A stretch of DNA of 64,000 nt, from the IMG/VR virus record IMGVR_UViG_3300025598_001701. One strand, given 5' to 3'. This document shows, piece after piece, positions 57,010 to 64,000 of this stretch. Source of the DNA: an uncultured virus (IMG/VR IMGVR_UViG_3300025598_001701) (Duplodnaviria > Heunggongvirae > Uroviricota > Caudoviricetes). The position numbers were made by a program, and so were the translations under genes. Numbering within the stretch: the first letter of the stretch is position 1; each line of letters starts with the position of its first letter. The notes beneath the pieces are model-generated. The model was not told the DNA's origin. It was given only the letters and a program-made list of their open reading frames with translations, and did not search any database.

Positions 57010-57598
57010 TATTTGAGGCTCCTGTTACTTGAACATCTGAAGTAAATCCATTTGCACCTGCTGGTCCATTTTGTGTAACAGAAACAGTATTGCTGTCACC
57101 TGTTGTGTGGATAGTTGCTTGTGCGCCTAGCATATTTGTAGTTGAACTGTTTAGAGTTGTATTGTTATTACTGCCATCAACTGTTACACTAAGTGTGCTT
57201 TTATTACCACCAGTAACAGCAGTAGTATTAGCACTGCCGTTAACATTTGCAGTAATATTTGTATCATTACAACTTGATGTAGGTTGTGTTCCGCAACCAA
57301 TTGTTGTATTGTTATTGTCACCATTTACGTTACTTGTTACTGTAGAATTGCCGCCTTGAACATTTACATTATGAGTATTGTTACTACCAACTTGTGTGAT
57401 AGCAATTGTTTGGTTATTACCGTTTAAAATTGTGTGAGTGCCGTCATCGCCAATAGTGTTTCCACTACCAGTTTGAGTCATTGTGATTGTGCTGCCACTG
57501 CCAATTTGATCAATGTATACGTTGTTGATCGTTCCAGCCAAGCTATGTGACGCAAATAGCACTGCTGCAACAAATGTTGCTATCTTTAATGACTTCAT
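56915..57598 (-). CDS. Curlin-like repeat protein (CsgA-like)
   Basis: Signal peptide; many Q/V.G..N repeats, N/T/G/S-rich. Confidence 0.7.
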   Translation of the reverse strand: MKSLKIATFVAAVLFASHSLAGTINNVYIDQIGSGSTITMTQTGSGNTIGDDGTHTILNGNNQTIAITQVGSNNTHNVNVQGGNSTVTSNVNGDNNNTTIGCGTQPTSSCNDTNITANVNGSANTTAVTGGNKSTLSVTVDGSNNNTTLNSSTTNMLGAQATIHTTGDSNTVSVTQNGPAGANGFTSDVQVTGASNNVAVTQTGTIDSNVSVHSTGSNNNISVTSGN

Positions 57599-57618
57599 AT
57601 CAACTCCTTTGAGGAGTT

Positions 57619-58437
57619 TCACTTCTTCTTGGTAGGATCAGCGAAATTCCACAAACCTTTTTCTTTACCCTGTTTAATCATGTCTACAACTGCTGCCTCT
57701 GTTGCAAGACGCACAGCATATGTGGTAGGTTCGTTGATATTTGCACCTGTTTCTACTTGAACACTCATAGTGCCTTGGTCTAAGAACGTTAGCAACGTTC
57801 CGCTATTGGCTACACTAAGAATAGTTTTAGTTGCGCCAGCACTTACTAGAACTTCACCAGTATGAACACTGATTAGACGAAGAACTACTGTTACTACATC
57901 TGTTCTGTATTGTTGATTTACTCCAATTCCTAACATAGCAGCACCATTGCCGCCGCTTTGTAGGTTAGTATCGTATCCTACAATTCCGCCTTCAACCATC
58001 ACACCAGCAATTAACATTGGTGCAAGTTGTTTAGCATCCTTGCCTTCATATGTTTCACGTTGATTGCGAATAAGTTGACGTTCTTTAATTAAATCATCAA
58101 GACCAACTCGTTCTACAACCTGAAACCATTTGCCATGACCAGCATCTTGTAATGCTTTAATTAAAAAGACTTCACCGCCTTGTGTTACTGCACTGCTTAG
58201 CACACTAAACTTGTCATTTTCTTTACGCTGACCAGTTTTATCCTGAAACCCATACATAGCGATAGTTACTGGTGGTCCATCAGGTGGTGGCAAGTTTGCA
58301 AGCTCACTATAATATGATTTTGTAATTCTACTAGGCATCAATGTAGCTGCCTCTGGAATTTTTCCTTCATATGGTGGTGTGCTTTGGCAAGCTGCCAGTG
58401 CTAAAACTATAGTTGATAAAAGTAACTTCTTGAACAT
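57619..58437 (-). CDS. csgG: CsgG curli secretion channel lipoprotein
   Basis: Lipobox LAAC; F.D.TGQ.K, S.AVTQG, WF.VVER.GL..L..ER..IR. Confidence 0.9.
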   Translation of the reverse strand: MFKKLLLSTIVLALAACQSTPPYEGKIPEAATLMPSRITKSYYSELANLPPPDGPPVTIAMYGFQDKTGQRKENDKFSVLSSAVTQGGEVFLIKALQDAGHGKWFQVVERVGLDDLIKERQLIRNQRETYEGKDAKQLAPMLIAGVMVEGGIVGYDTNLQSGGNGAAMLGIGVNQQYRTDVVTVVLRLISVHTGEVLVSAGATKTILSVANSGTLLTFLDQGTMSVQVETGANINEPTTYAVRLATEAAVVDMIKQGKEKGLWNFADPTKKK

Positions 58438-58886
58438 TAAAACTTGAAACTCCCTATTGGAACCGTAATGTCAGTACGATTACCAGTAGGGTCAATTACA
58501 GTCAAGTTAATTGTTTGTGCAGTTGTATCTTTAATCCAACTGATTGTACTTCCTTGAAAGTCCATTGATCCACTTGTAGAACCATCACTGAACATAGCGT
58601 TACTTAATTGAAGGCTGAGTTGTGCATAAATGCGTGACTCAAGGTTATTCATAAACTTTGATAAATTTGTATTTTGTGCAGCAGCAGCCGCAGCATCGGC
58701 ATCAGCCTTTTGCTGTGCAATTCGTGCTTGTTTACGAGTATATTCTTCGTTTTCGATGGTCAATGCATGACTACTATAACCATCGCCACTGAACTCAGGA
58801 TTCTTAAACCCAAAGGTCATTTCACTAGCGCCTGCACTAGTGGCGATTGTCACGAAAAATACAAAAATTGATACAAATTTCTTCAT
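58437..58886 (-). CDS. csgF: CsgF-like curli assembly protein
   Basis: Signal peptide, F.F.NP.F.G, F...LESRI...LS, T.ITVP. Confidence 0.8.
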   Translation of the reverse strand: MKKFVSIFVFFVTIATSAGASEMTFGFKNPEFSGDGYSSHALTIENEEYTRKQARIAQQKADADAAAAAAQNTNLSKFMNNLESRIYAQLSLQLSNAMFSDGSTSGSMDFQGSTISWIKDTTAQTINLTVIDPTGNRTDITVPIGSFKF

Positions 58887-58938
58887 AGAAATCCCCAAAC
58901 TATTTAGTTTATGGGAATTTTATAATATATTAGTATAT

Positions 58939-59013
58939 TGGCTGGGGAAGATGGATTCGAACCACCGTTCGCGGAGTCAAAGTCCGATGTCCTACCAGTT
59001 AGACGATTCCCCA
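58939..59013 (-). tRNA. tRNA-Gln(TTG)
   Basis: U1-A72, CTTTGAC loop, TTCGAAT, GCCA. Confidence 0.92.
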
Positions 59014-59110
59014 ATGTCTAATTAATTTATCATATTTTACAGATATGTCAATTAAAATTATTGACCCAACCAAATAAAACCTATATATTATTAAAATATA
59101 CGGAGAAAAT

Positions 59111-60145
59111 ATGTCAAAGAATGTTCTTATTACTGGTGGTGCTGGCTTTATCGCACATCATGTTATCGACCATATCCTAAAAACTACAGATTGGAATATC
59201 ATTAGTCTTGACCGCTTGGACTTTAGTGGAAACTTAAATAGATTACATGACATGATGCAAGATCATAGTCCACAAACAAGAACACGTGTAAAGGTAATTT
59301 TCCATGACCTCAAAGCAGAAATTAACCCTCTTACAAAAACTCGCATTGGTCCTGTTGATATTATTCTTCACTTGGCCGCTGGCTCTCATGTTGATCGCAG
59401 CATTGATTATCCTATGGAGTTCGTATTGGATAATGTTGTGGGAACTTGTAATATACTTGAGTTTGCTCGCAAGTGCGATAATTTAGAACGTTTTGTTTAT
59501 TTTTCCACAGATGAAGTATTTGGACCAGCACCGCATGGCGTAAATTATGGTGAATATGACCGTTATAATAGCGGCAATCCATATAGTGCAACAAAGGCTG
59601 GTGGTGAAGAATTAGCAGTATGCTATGAAAATACTTATGGTCTACCAGTATATGTTACACACACCATGAACGTATTTGGCGAACGTCAGCATCCAGAGAA
59701 ATTCATTCCTATGTGTATCCGCAAGGCACGTGATGGTGAAGTGATTACAGTTCACAGTGATAAGACACGCACTATTCCTGGTTCACGTCACTACATCCAC
59801 GCAAAGGATGTTGCAGAAGCCCTTATGTTTATTTTGGGACTAAAGGATTTCACAATGCCGCCAGAATTTGGTGGTGCAAAGTGTCCAAAGTTTAACATTG
59901 TAGGCAAACAGGAAATCAACAATCTTGAATTAGCACAGATTATTGCTGATAGTCAAGGCAAGCCGTTAAATTATGAAATGGTAGATTTCCATAGTAGCCG
60001 TCCTGGTCACGACCTTCGTTATGCCTTAAGTGGTGAATTTATGAAGTCACTTGGTTGGGAACCAAAGATTGAACTAACAGAACGCATTAAACAAGTTGTT
60101 GATTGGACACTCGCACGTCCAGATTGGTTGAATTTAGATGTCTAA
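59111..60145 (+). CDS. dTDP-glucose 4,6-dehydratase-like epimerase/dehydratase
   Basis: TGGAGFI, SHVDRS, STDEV, YSATK, RPGHD.RY. Confidence 0.88.
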   Translation: MSKNVLITGGAGFIAHHVIDHILKTTDWNIISLDRLDFSGNLNRLHDMMQDHSPQTRTRVKVIFHDLKAEINPLTKTRIGPVDIILHLAAGSHVDRSIDYPMEFVLDNVVGTCNILEFARKCDNLERFVYFSTDEVFGPAPHGVNYGEYDRYNSGNPYSATKAGGEELAVCYENTYGLPVYVTHTMNVFGERQHPEKFIPMCIRKARDGEVITVHSDKTRTIPGSRHYIHAKDVAEALMFILGLKDFTMPPEFGGAKCPKFNIVGKQEINNLELAQIIADSQGKPLNYEMVDFHSSRPGHDLRYALSGEFMKSLGWEPKIELTERIKQVVDWTLARPDWLNLDV

Positions 60146-60872
60146 GAAAAAAGAAAAAAAATACGGTGTTTTTATTACAAGTGCAATTAATGCAAAGTTC
60201 TCAATTTATAAACCAGAAGAAAGACTACAGCAAACACTAGAAACTATTGCTAGTGTTCGTAAGCGTATTCCAAACGCAGTAATTTGTTTAACAGATTGTG
60301 GTATACCTGGTTTGACTGATGAACAAGTTCAATTGCTAACAAAAGATGTAGACCATTTTATTGATTTTAGTTTAGATGACAATGTTAAATGGATACATGA
60401 TAATATCCAGGTTCAAGACATTGTAAAGAACTTGACTGAAATGAGCGTTGTTCGCAGTTTTTTCCATTATGCACTGGAAGAAAACTGGTTTGATGGTTGT
60501 GATCGTATCTTTAAGGTAAGTGGTCGCTATACATTAACAGATAAATTTAATACAAAAGATTATGAAAATGATATTGTTGGCGACAAATATGTTGTTAGCA
60601 AACGTATGCTAAGCCAATTTGCACACGGCATCACTGGTGTTGACCAACAATATATGCTACGTGTTTATAGCTTTGGCGGCAATCGTATCCGAGAGTTTAT
60701 TTTACTTCTTGAAGATATGATTGCACATATGCAAGATCGTGTAAACGCTGGTGGGTATATTGATATAGAACATCTCTGGTACAAATTCTTGCCCAGAGAT
60801 GCTATTGTTGAATTTGATAGAACTGGTGTTAAAGGTTTGGTTGCACCAAACGGAACCTTTATTGAAAATTAA
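60138..60872 (+). CDS. Hypothetical protein, possibly glycosyltransferase-like
   Basis: R..QTL.TI.S, FK.SGRY, DIEH. Confidence 0.55.
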   Translation: MSKKKEKKYGVFITSAINAKFSIYKPEERLQQTLETIASVRKRIPNAVICLTDCGIPGLTDEQVQLLTKDVDHFIDFSLDDNVKWIHDNIQVQDIVKNLTEMSVVRSFFHYALEENWFDGCDRIFKVSGRYTLTDKFNTKDYENDIVGDKYVVSKRMLSQFAHGITGVDQQYMLRVYSFGGNRIREFILLLEDMIAHMQDRVNAGGYIDIEHLWYKFLPRDAIVEFDRTGVKGLVAPNGTFIEN

Positions 60873-61120
60873 ACAAAGGTTGATTTTGAATTAGCGGTCT
60901 TGATAACTTGACCAATATTCTCAAACACTTTTGGGTCAAGTGGTCTAGATGTGCCGCTATCATTATCAACCATAACGATTGATACACCAACATCACTTTT
61001 AGCATCGGGCATCACTGTAATACCAATATTGTGATGTCCCATATTACGCAAGCTGCGCTTGGCAAAGTTAATACGCTGACGAATTGTAAATTCATCACGA
61101 CAGTCAATAAGTTCAGCCAT
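60869..61120 (-). CDS. Hypothetical protein
   Basis: TAATG-coupled start MAELID. Confidence 0.55.
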   Translation of the reverse strand: MAELIDCRDEFTIRQRINFAKRSLRNMGHHNIGITVMPDAKSDVGVSIVMVDNDSGTSRPLDPKVFENIGQVIKTANSKSTFV

Positions 61121-61464
61121 TATTCTACTCCAACGATATGTTTGCAACTACGACGAAATTGAAAACCACTGCAAGTGCAAGACTTATACTTGCCGTTGAT
61201 TGTAACAAGATATGTGCTGCCTTTACTACCACTAACTTTAATAGTGCGTTTAGCAACAGGTTCAGCAACAAACTTTTGTTCTACGACATTATCATTGATC
61301 TTGATAATATCATTTTTGGCAATGATACGTATAGGAAATTGACGGTCGCCCGTTGACAGCGCAATAGCAGGATATTCTACCCATTTAGGAAGCGGCATTT
61401 CCTCGCCACTATAAACAGTTTGGATTTTACGACCATAAAGATTGTGTTGGACTGTGACGTTCAT
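61120..61464 (-). CDS. SWIM zinc-finger protein
   Basis: GSKG..Y.V, CTC.GF.FR..CKH. Confidence 0.75.
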   Translation of the reverse strand: MNVTVQHNLYGRKIQTVYSGEEMPLPKWVEYPAIALSTGDRQFPIRIIAKNDIIKINDNVVEQKFVAEPVAKRTIKVSGSKGSTYLVTINGKYKSCTCSGFQFRRSCKHIVGVE

Positions 61465-61519
61465 ACCCGTCTCCATTGCTTATATTCTGAATATAACACA
61501 GATTTAGGGATTGTCAAGC

Positions 61520-61551
61520 AAAAAAAACACCGCAAAAAGCGGTGTTTTTTC
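61520..61551. terminator. Probable bidirectional terminator
   Basis: AAAAAACACCGC-AAAAA-GCGGTGTTTTTT. Confidence 0.8.
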
Positions 61552-61553
61552 AA

Positions 61554-61973
61554 TCACTTATCCTTTTTAGCCCTTGGCTTTTTAGGCTTTTCATCGGCTG
61601 TTTCTGCCTTTTTGGGCTTTGCAGCACGTGGTTTTTTTGCCTTTGGTTCGGCTTCAACAGATGCTTCCGCTGGCGATGCTGGCGTATCTGCTGTTACGAC
61701 AACTGGCGCAACTTCAACACGATTTGGGTTCTTATCACTAATAGCCCATTCAGCTTCGCTCAATCTATGCAATCCAACACAATAACCTGTTGGGCTGCGT
61801 CCACAACCACACTTTGGTGGTTCTTTAGCTGCTTTTTCTGCTGCTGCGATTGCTTCTTTTGCTTCCTTTTCCATTACTTCCAATGGATCAGGGGTATTGT
61901 CTTTATGATTCATTAACTTATATACAAGTGCGATTGCTCCGCAAAGTACTACAAGTAAGAGAATAGTGCTCAT
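61554..61973 (-). CDS. Membrane-anchored CDGSH-like Fe-S protein with Lys-rich tail
   Basis: N-terminal TM; CGCGRSPTGYCVGLH. Confidence 0.6.
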   Translation of the reverse strand: MSTILLLVVLCGAIALVYKLMNHKDNTPDPLEVMEKEAKEAIAAAEKAAKEPPKCGCGRSPTGYCVGLHRLSEAEWAISDKNPNRVEVAPVVVTADTPASPAEASVEAEPKAKKPRAAKPKKAETADEKPKKPRAKKDK

Positions 61974-62036
61974 TGATATCTCCTAATATACTACTATTTA
62001 CATACCATAATATGACATTAAAATTAAAATGTCAAA

Positions 62037-62348
62037 TTATTTTGTTGTAGGTGTATAGTATTTGAATGCTTCTTTCCAGAAAGTGCTGTAAATGTCATTG
62101 CTGACTTTTTCTTGCATATTCTTGAAATTTGCGCCACTATAAACTTCATCTACTGCTTTATTAACTTCTTTACTAATCACTGTAGCAAAGCTATTAGTTG
62201 CTTTTACTGCAACCTTTGTATAATCAGTTTGAGTATCAATATAATCATTCATTGCCTTTGCAACAGCTTCATGTGTTACAAAAGTCTTAACCCAATCTTT
62301 CTTTGCTTTTTGCACTGTATCAATAAAATCTTCTGCACTATTAAACAT
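62037..62348 (-). CDS. Phasin-like protein
   Basis: FID.VQ.AK...V.TFV.......M...ID.QT amphipathic helical pattern. Confidence 0.55.
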   Translation of the reverse strand: MFNSAEDFIDTVQKAKKDWVKTFVTHEAVAKAMNDYIDTQTDYTKVAVKATNSFATVISKEVNKAVDEVYSGANFKNMQEKVSNDIYSTFWKEAFKYYTPTTK

Positions 62349-62400
62349 TATTTTGCTCCTTTGCTTAAAAAATCTGCTTCTTCATCTGTATATGGCCACA

Positions 62401-62583
62401 TTAATAATATCTCCTACCGTTATTTTTTTCCCATTGACGTTCTAGATATTCAAGGTGAATACGGTCTGTGGCTTGGTTTAGGTATCGCACCATGTCACGA
62501 CGATATTTTTCTTCTTCACTTTCAAATAAATCTTCAAAGAATGATCTTACGCCATTAATAAGATGGTTTACTGCTTCAAACAT
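62401..62583 (-). CDS. DUF3563-like small protein
   Basis: YL.QATD...LE..ER. Confidence 0.55.
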   Translation of the reverse strand: MFEAVNHLINGVRSFFEDLFESEEEKYRRDMVRYLNQATDRIHLEYLERQWEKNNGRRYY

Positions 62584-62594
62584 TTGACTTCTCC

Positions 62595-62633
62595 TTGTTG
62601 CACTGCAATATTATTTATACCGCAGTGCAACAA
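62595..62633. promoter_or_regulatory. 12-bp inverted repeat of TGC-N3-GCA-type boxes around TATAAATA
   Basis: TTGTTGCACTGC-N15-GCAGTGCAACAA. Confidence 0.65.
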
Positions 62634-62646
62634 TTATGTCAATATA

Positions 62647-63669
62647 TTATTTGATTTCCTCATACAACTTTTGGCTTGCAAGGTTCTTGGCTTTGCTTTC
62701 TACTTGAATATCAAAGTTATCCCAAAACTCTGCAACATACCTGTTAGCAGCACTATTCCACATGAAGTCACTGTGGGCACGTAGTTTTGCTTTCTTGTGA
62801 CCACTTTCTAGCAGCGTGGTCATGGCAGGAAGAATGCTATTGTCATGACCATCAAGAACGCACTCAGGGCTAACACTATAATGCAAAGTTGGGCGAACAC
62901 CACGCCAACTGTCAATAACACGTTTGACCGTATCGCTGTCAGACTTGATATATTCTCCAGTTTTAATCCAATGATGGTGGACATCAAGAACAGTAGGACA
63001 CAAATCGCTAAGAGACAAAGTGTCATCAATACCATAAACATGTTCCTCGTTTTCTATTGTGATAAGGTTTCTGGCTTCTGTGGAAAGGGAGTTCCAAACG
63101 GCTCTAATTCCTTCGGCTCCCTTACGTCCCGATATATGGACGTTAATTTTGAAACCATGATCATGAAAGCTATTGCCATAACCCATCCATCTAGCCAAAT
63201 CAGTATGATACTCAAACTCACGGATTGAGTTCTCAACAACAGTCTCGTTATCACTAGCCAAAACGCAAAACTGGCCAGGATGAAAACTGACCCGAACATC
63301 AAGGCTACGAGATGCCTCACCAATGGCGGCGCATCGCTTGGCAATGGCTTCTCGTACATCTGGCAAGTTATAAAAATAACCATAAGTTGGCTCAGTATAG
63401 ACAGGGAATACATCGCTAGATAGCCGAACCATGCGCTGTTCTGGTTCAAGTAATCCCACACGTTTGACCAAATTGAGAGTAGCATTTGTGTTGTGCTCCA
63501 TAATATCCCATAGCCGCTGTTCAGCGACTTGGCGAGTTTGACGGTTTAACCACGCCACAGTTGTAGTGCGGTTATTATACTTTAGTGCATCATCTTTGGG
63601 CTTAAACCCGTCCATTTGACGTGGTTCGTCCAACCATTTGCAGCAGAAACCGATACGCTTTTGTGTCAT
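62647..63669 (-). CDS. uvsE: UV-damage endonuclease
   Basis: IGF.C, RLSSD, HPGQF..L.S, N.H, TIEN, D.HHH, HSD, E.KAK. Confidence 0.9.
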   Translation of the reverse strand: MTQKRIGFCCKWLDEPRQMDGFKPKDDALKYNNRTTTVAWLNRQTRQVAEQRLWDIMEHNTNATLNLVKRVGLLEPEQRMVRLSSDVFPVYTEPTYGYFYNLPDVREAIAKRCAAIGEASRSLDVRVSFHPGQFCVLASDNETVVENSIREFEYHTDLARWMGYGNSFHDHGFKINVHISGRKGAEGIRAVWNSLSTEARNLITIENEEHVYGIDDTLSLSDLCPTVLDVHHHWIKTGEYIKSDSDTVKRVIDSWRGVRPTLHYSVSPECVLDGHDNSILPAMTTLLESGHKKAKLRAHSDFMWNSAANRYVAEFWDNFDIQVESKAKNLASQKLYEEIK

Positions 63670-63699
63670 ATTACCAATATAACACATAATTTGTATTTG

Positions 63700-63999
63700 T
63701 CAAGCAAATATTTCAGCATAAATTAGTGAAATATGAAATTCTTGGTCGGTGGTAATATATGTTTTTATATGTGGAATTATATTATTTGCCAAGATTTGAT
63801 GTCCAGTTGGGCTAAAATGGTTCAATCTAGGGTCTTGAAAAGCGGTCCAATCTTCCCCATAAACTCTATTGTAATCTGCTCTGCTGCAATTTACTAAACC
63901 GCCATCACATAAAAACCATATACCATACGTTTTATCTATAAATTCATGTTCAAAGCATGGGATGTGTACTATTTTAATATTGCGCTTTTTGCATATTTC
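63700..63999 (-). CDS. C-terminal part of an SGNH-like protein
   Basis: Hand-read open frame containing RLNHFSPTGHQILA. Confidence 0.5.
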   Translation of the reverse strand, partial: EICKKRNIKIVHIPCFEHEFIDKTYGIWFLCDGGLVNCSRADYNRVYGEDWTAFQDPRLNHFSPTGHQILANNIIPHIKTYITTDQEFHISLIYAEIFA

Positions 64000-64000
64000 T

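Noticed and set aside
346..63485. Many antisense or nested ORFs in the track (e.g. 346-936, 3652-4083, 15452-15922, 36137-36622, 63054-63485)
   Set aside because: They are shadows of well-supported genes or tRNAs and lack recognisable motifs
1..64000. CRISPR array
   Set aside because: No regularly spaced direct repeats or cas genes seen
1..64000. Stop-codon reassignment
   Set aside because: Recognisable genes are full length in code 11 and end in TAA, TGA or TAG; no suppressor tRNA found
1..64000. Bacterial chromosome or integrated prophage
   Set aside because: Host-like genes are interspersed with virion genes and phage-type promoters; no integrase, att site or bacterial operon context seen

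Overview
A 64-kb segment of an AT-rich, densely coding large tailed dsDNA phage (jumbo/T4-superfamily-like myovirus), mostly encoded on the minus strand in standard code 11. The host is probably a Gram-negative proteobacterium (spanins, CsgG, phasin, PlcP/Agt). Core-type genes include a clamp loader, a small DnaE-like fragment, GroES, ClpA, DnaJ, PhoH, MazG, tail/baseplate proteins, holin/spanins and a GH19 lysin. RNA-related features are Rnl1, a split polynucleotide kinase/phosphatase, IF-1, six tRNA genes and one tRNA-shaped ncRNA. There are three free-standing homing-type endonucleases and a methyltransferase/nuclease pair. Best leads: (1) a tRNA-Leu(UAA) whose anticodon loop is interrupted by a 50-nt insert that itself folds like a mini-tRNA; (2) a 134-nt tRNA-shaped ncRNA; (3) a PlcP+Agt-like phospholipid-to-glycolipid remodelling pair; (4) a CsgF-CsgG-curlin-FecR-curlin operon with a nearby CHASE2 adenylate cyclase; (5) a recurring hairpin plus late-promoter (TAAATA) switch; (6) PhaR-type operators ahead of a phasin-like gene. 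All calls come from motif recognition by eye; no database searches or folding programs were run.
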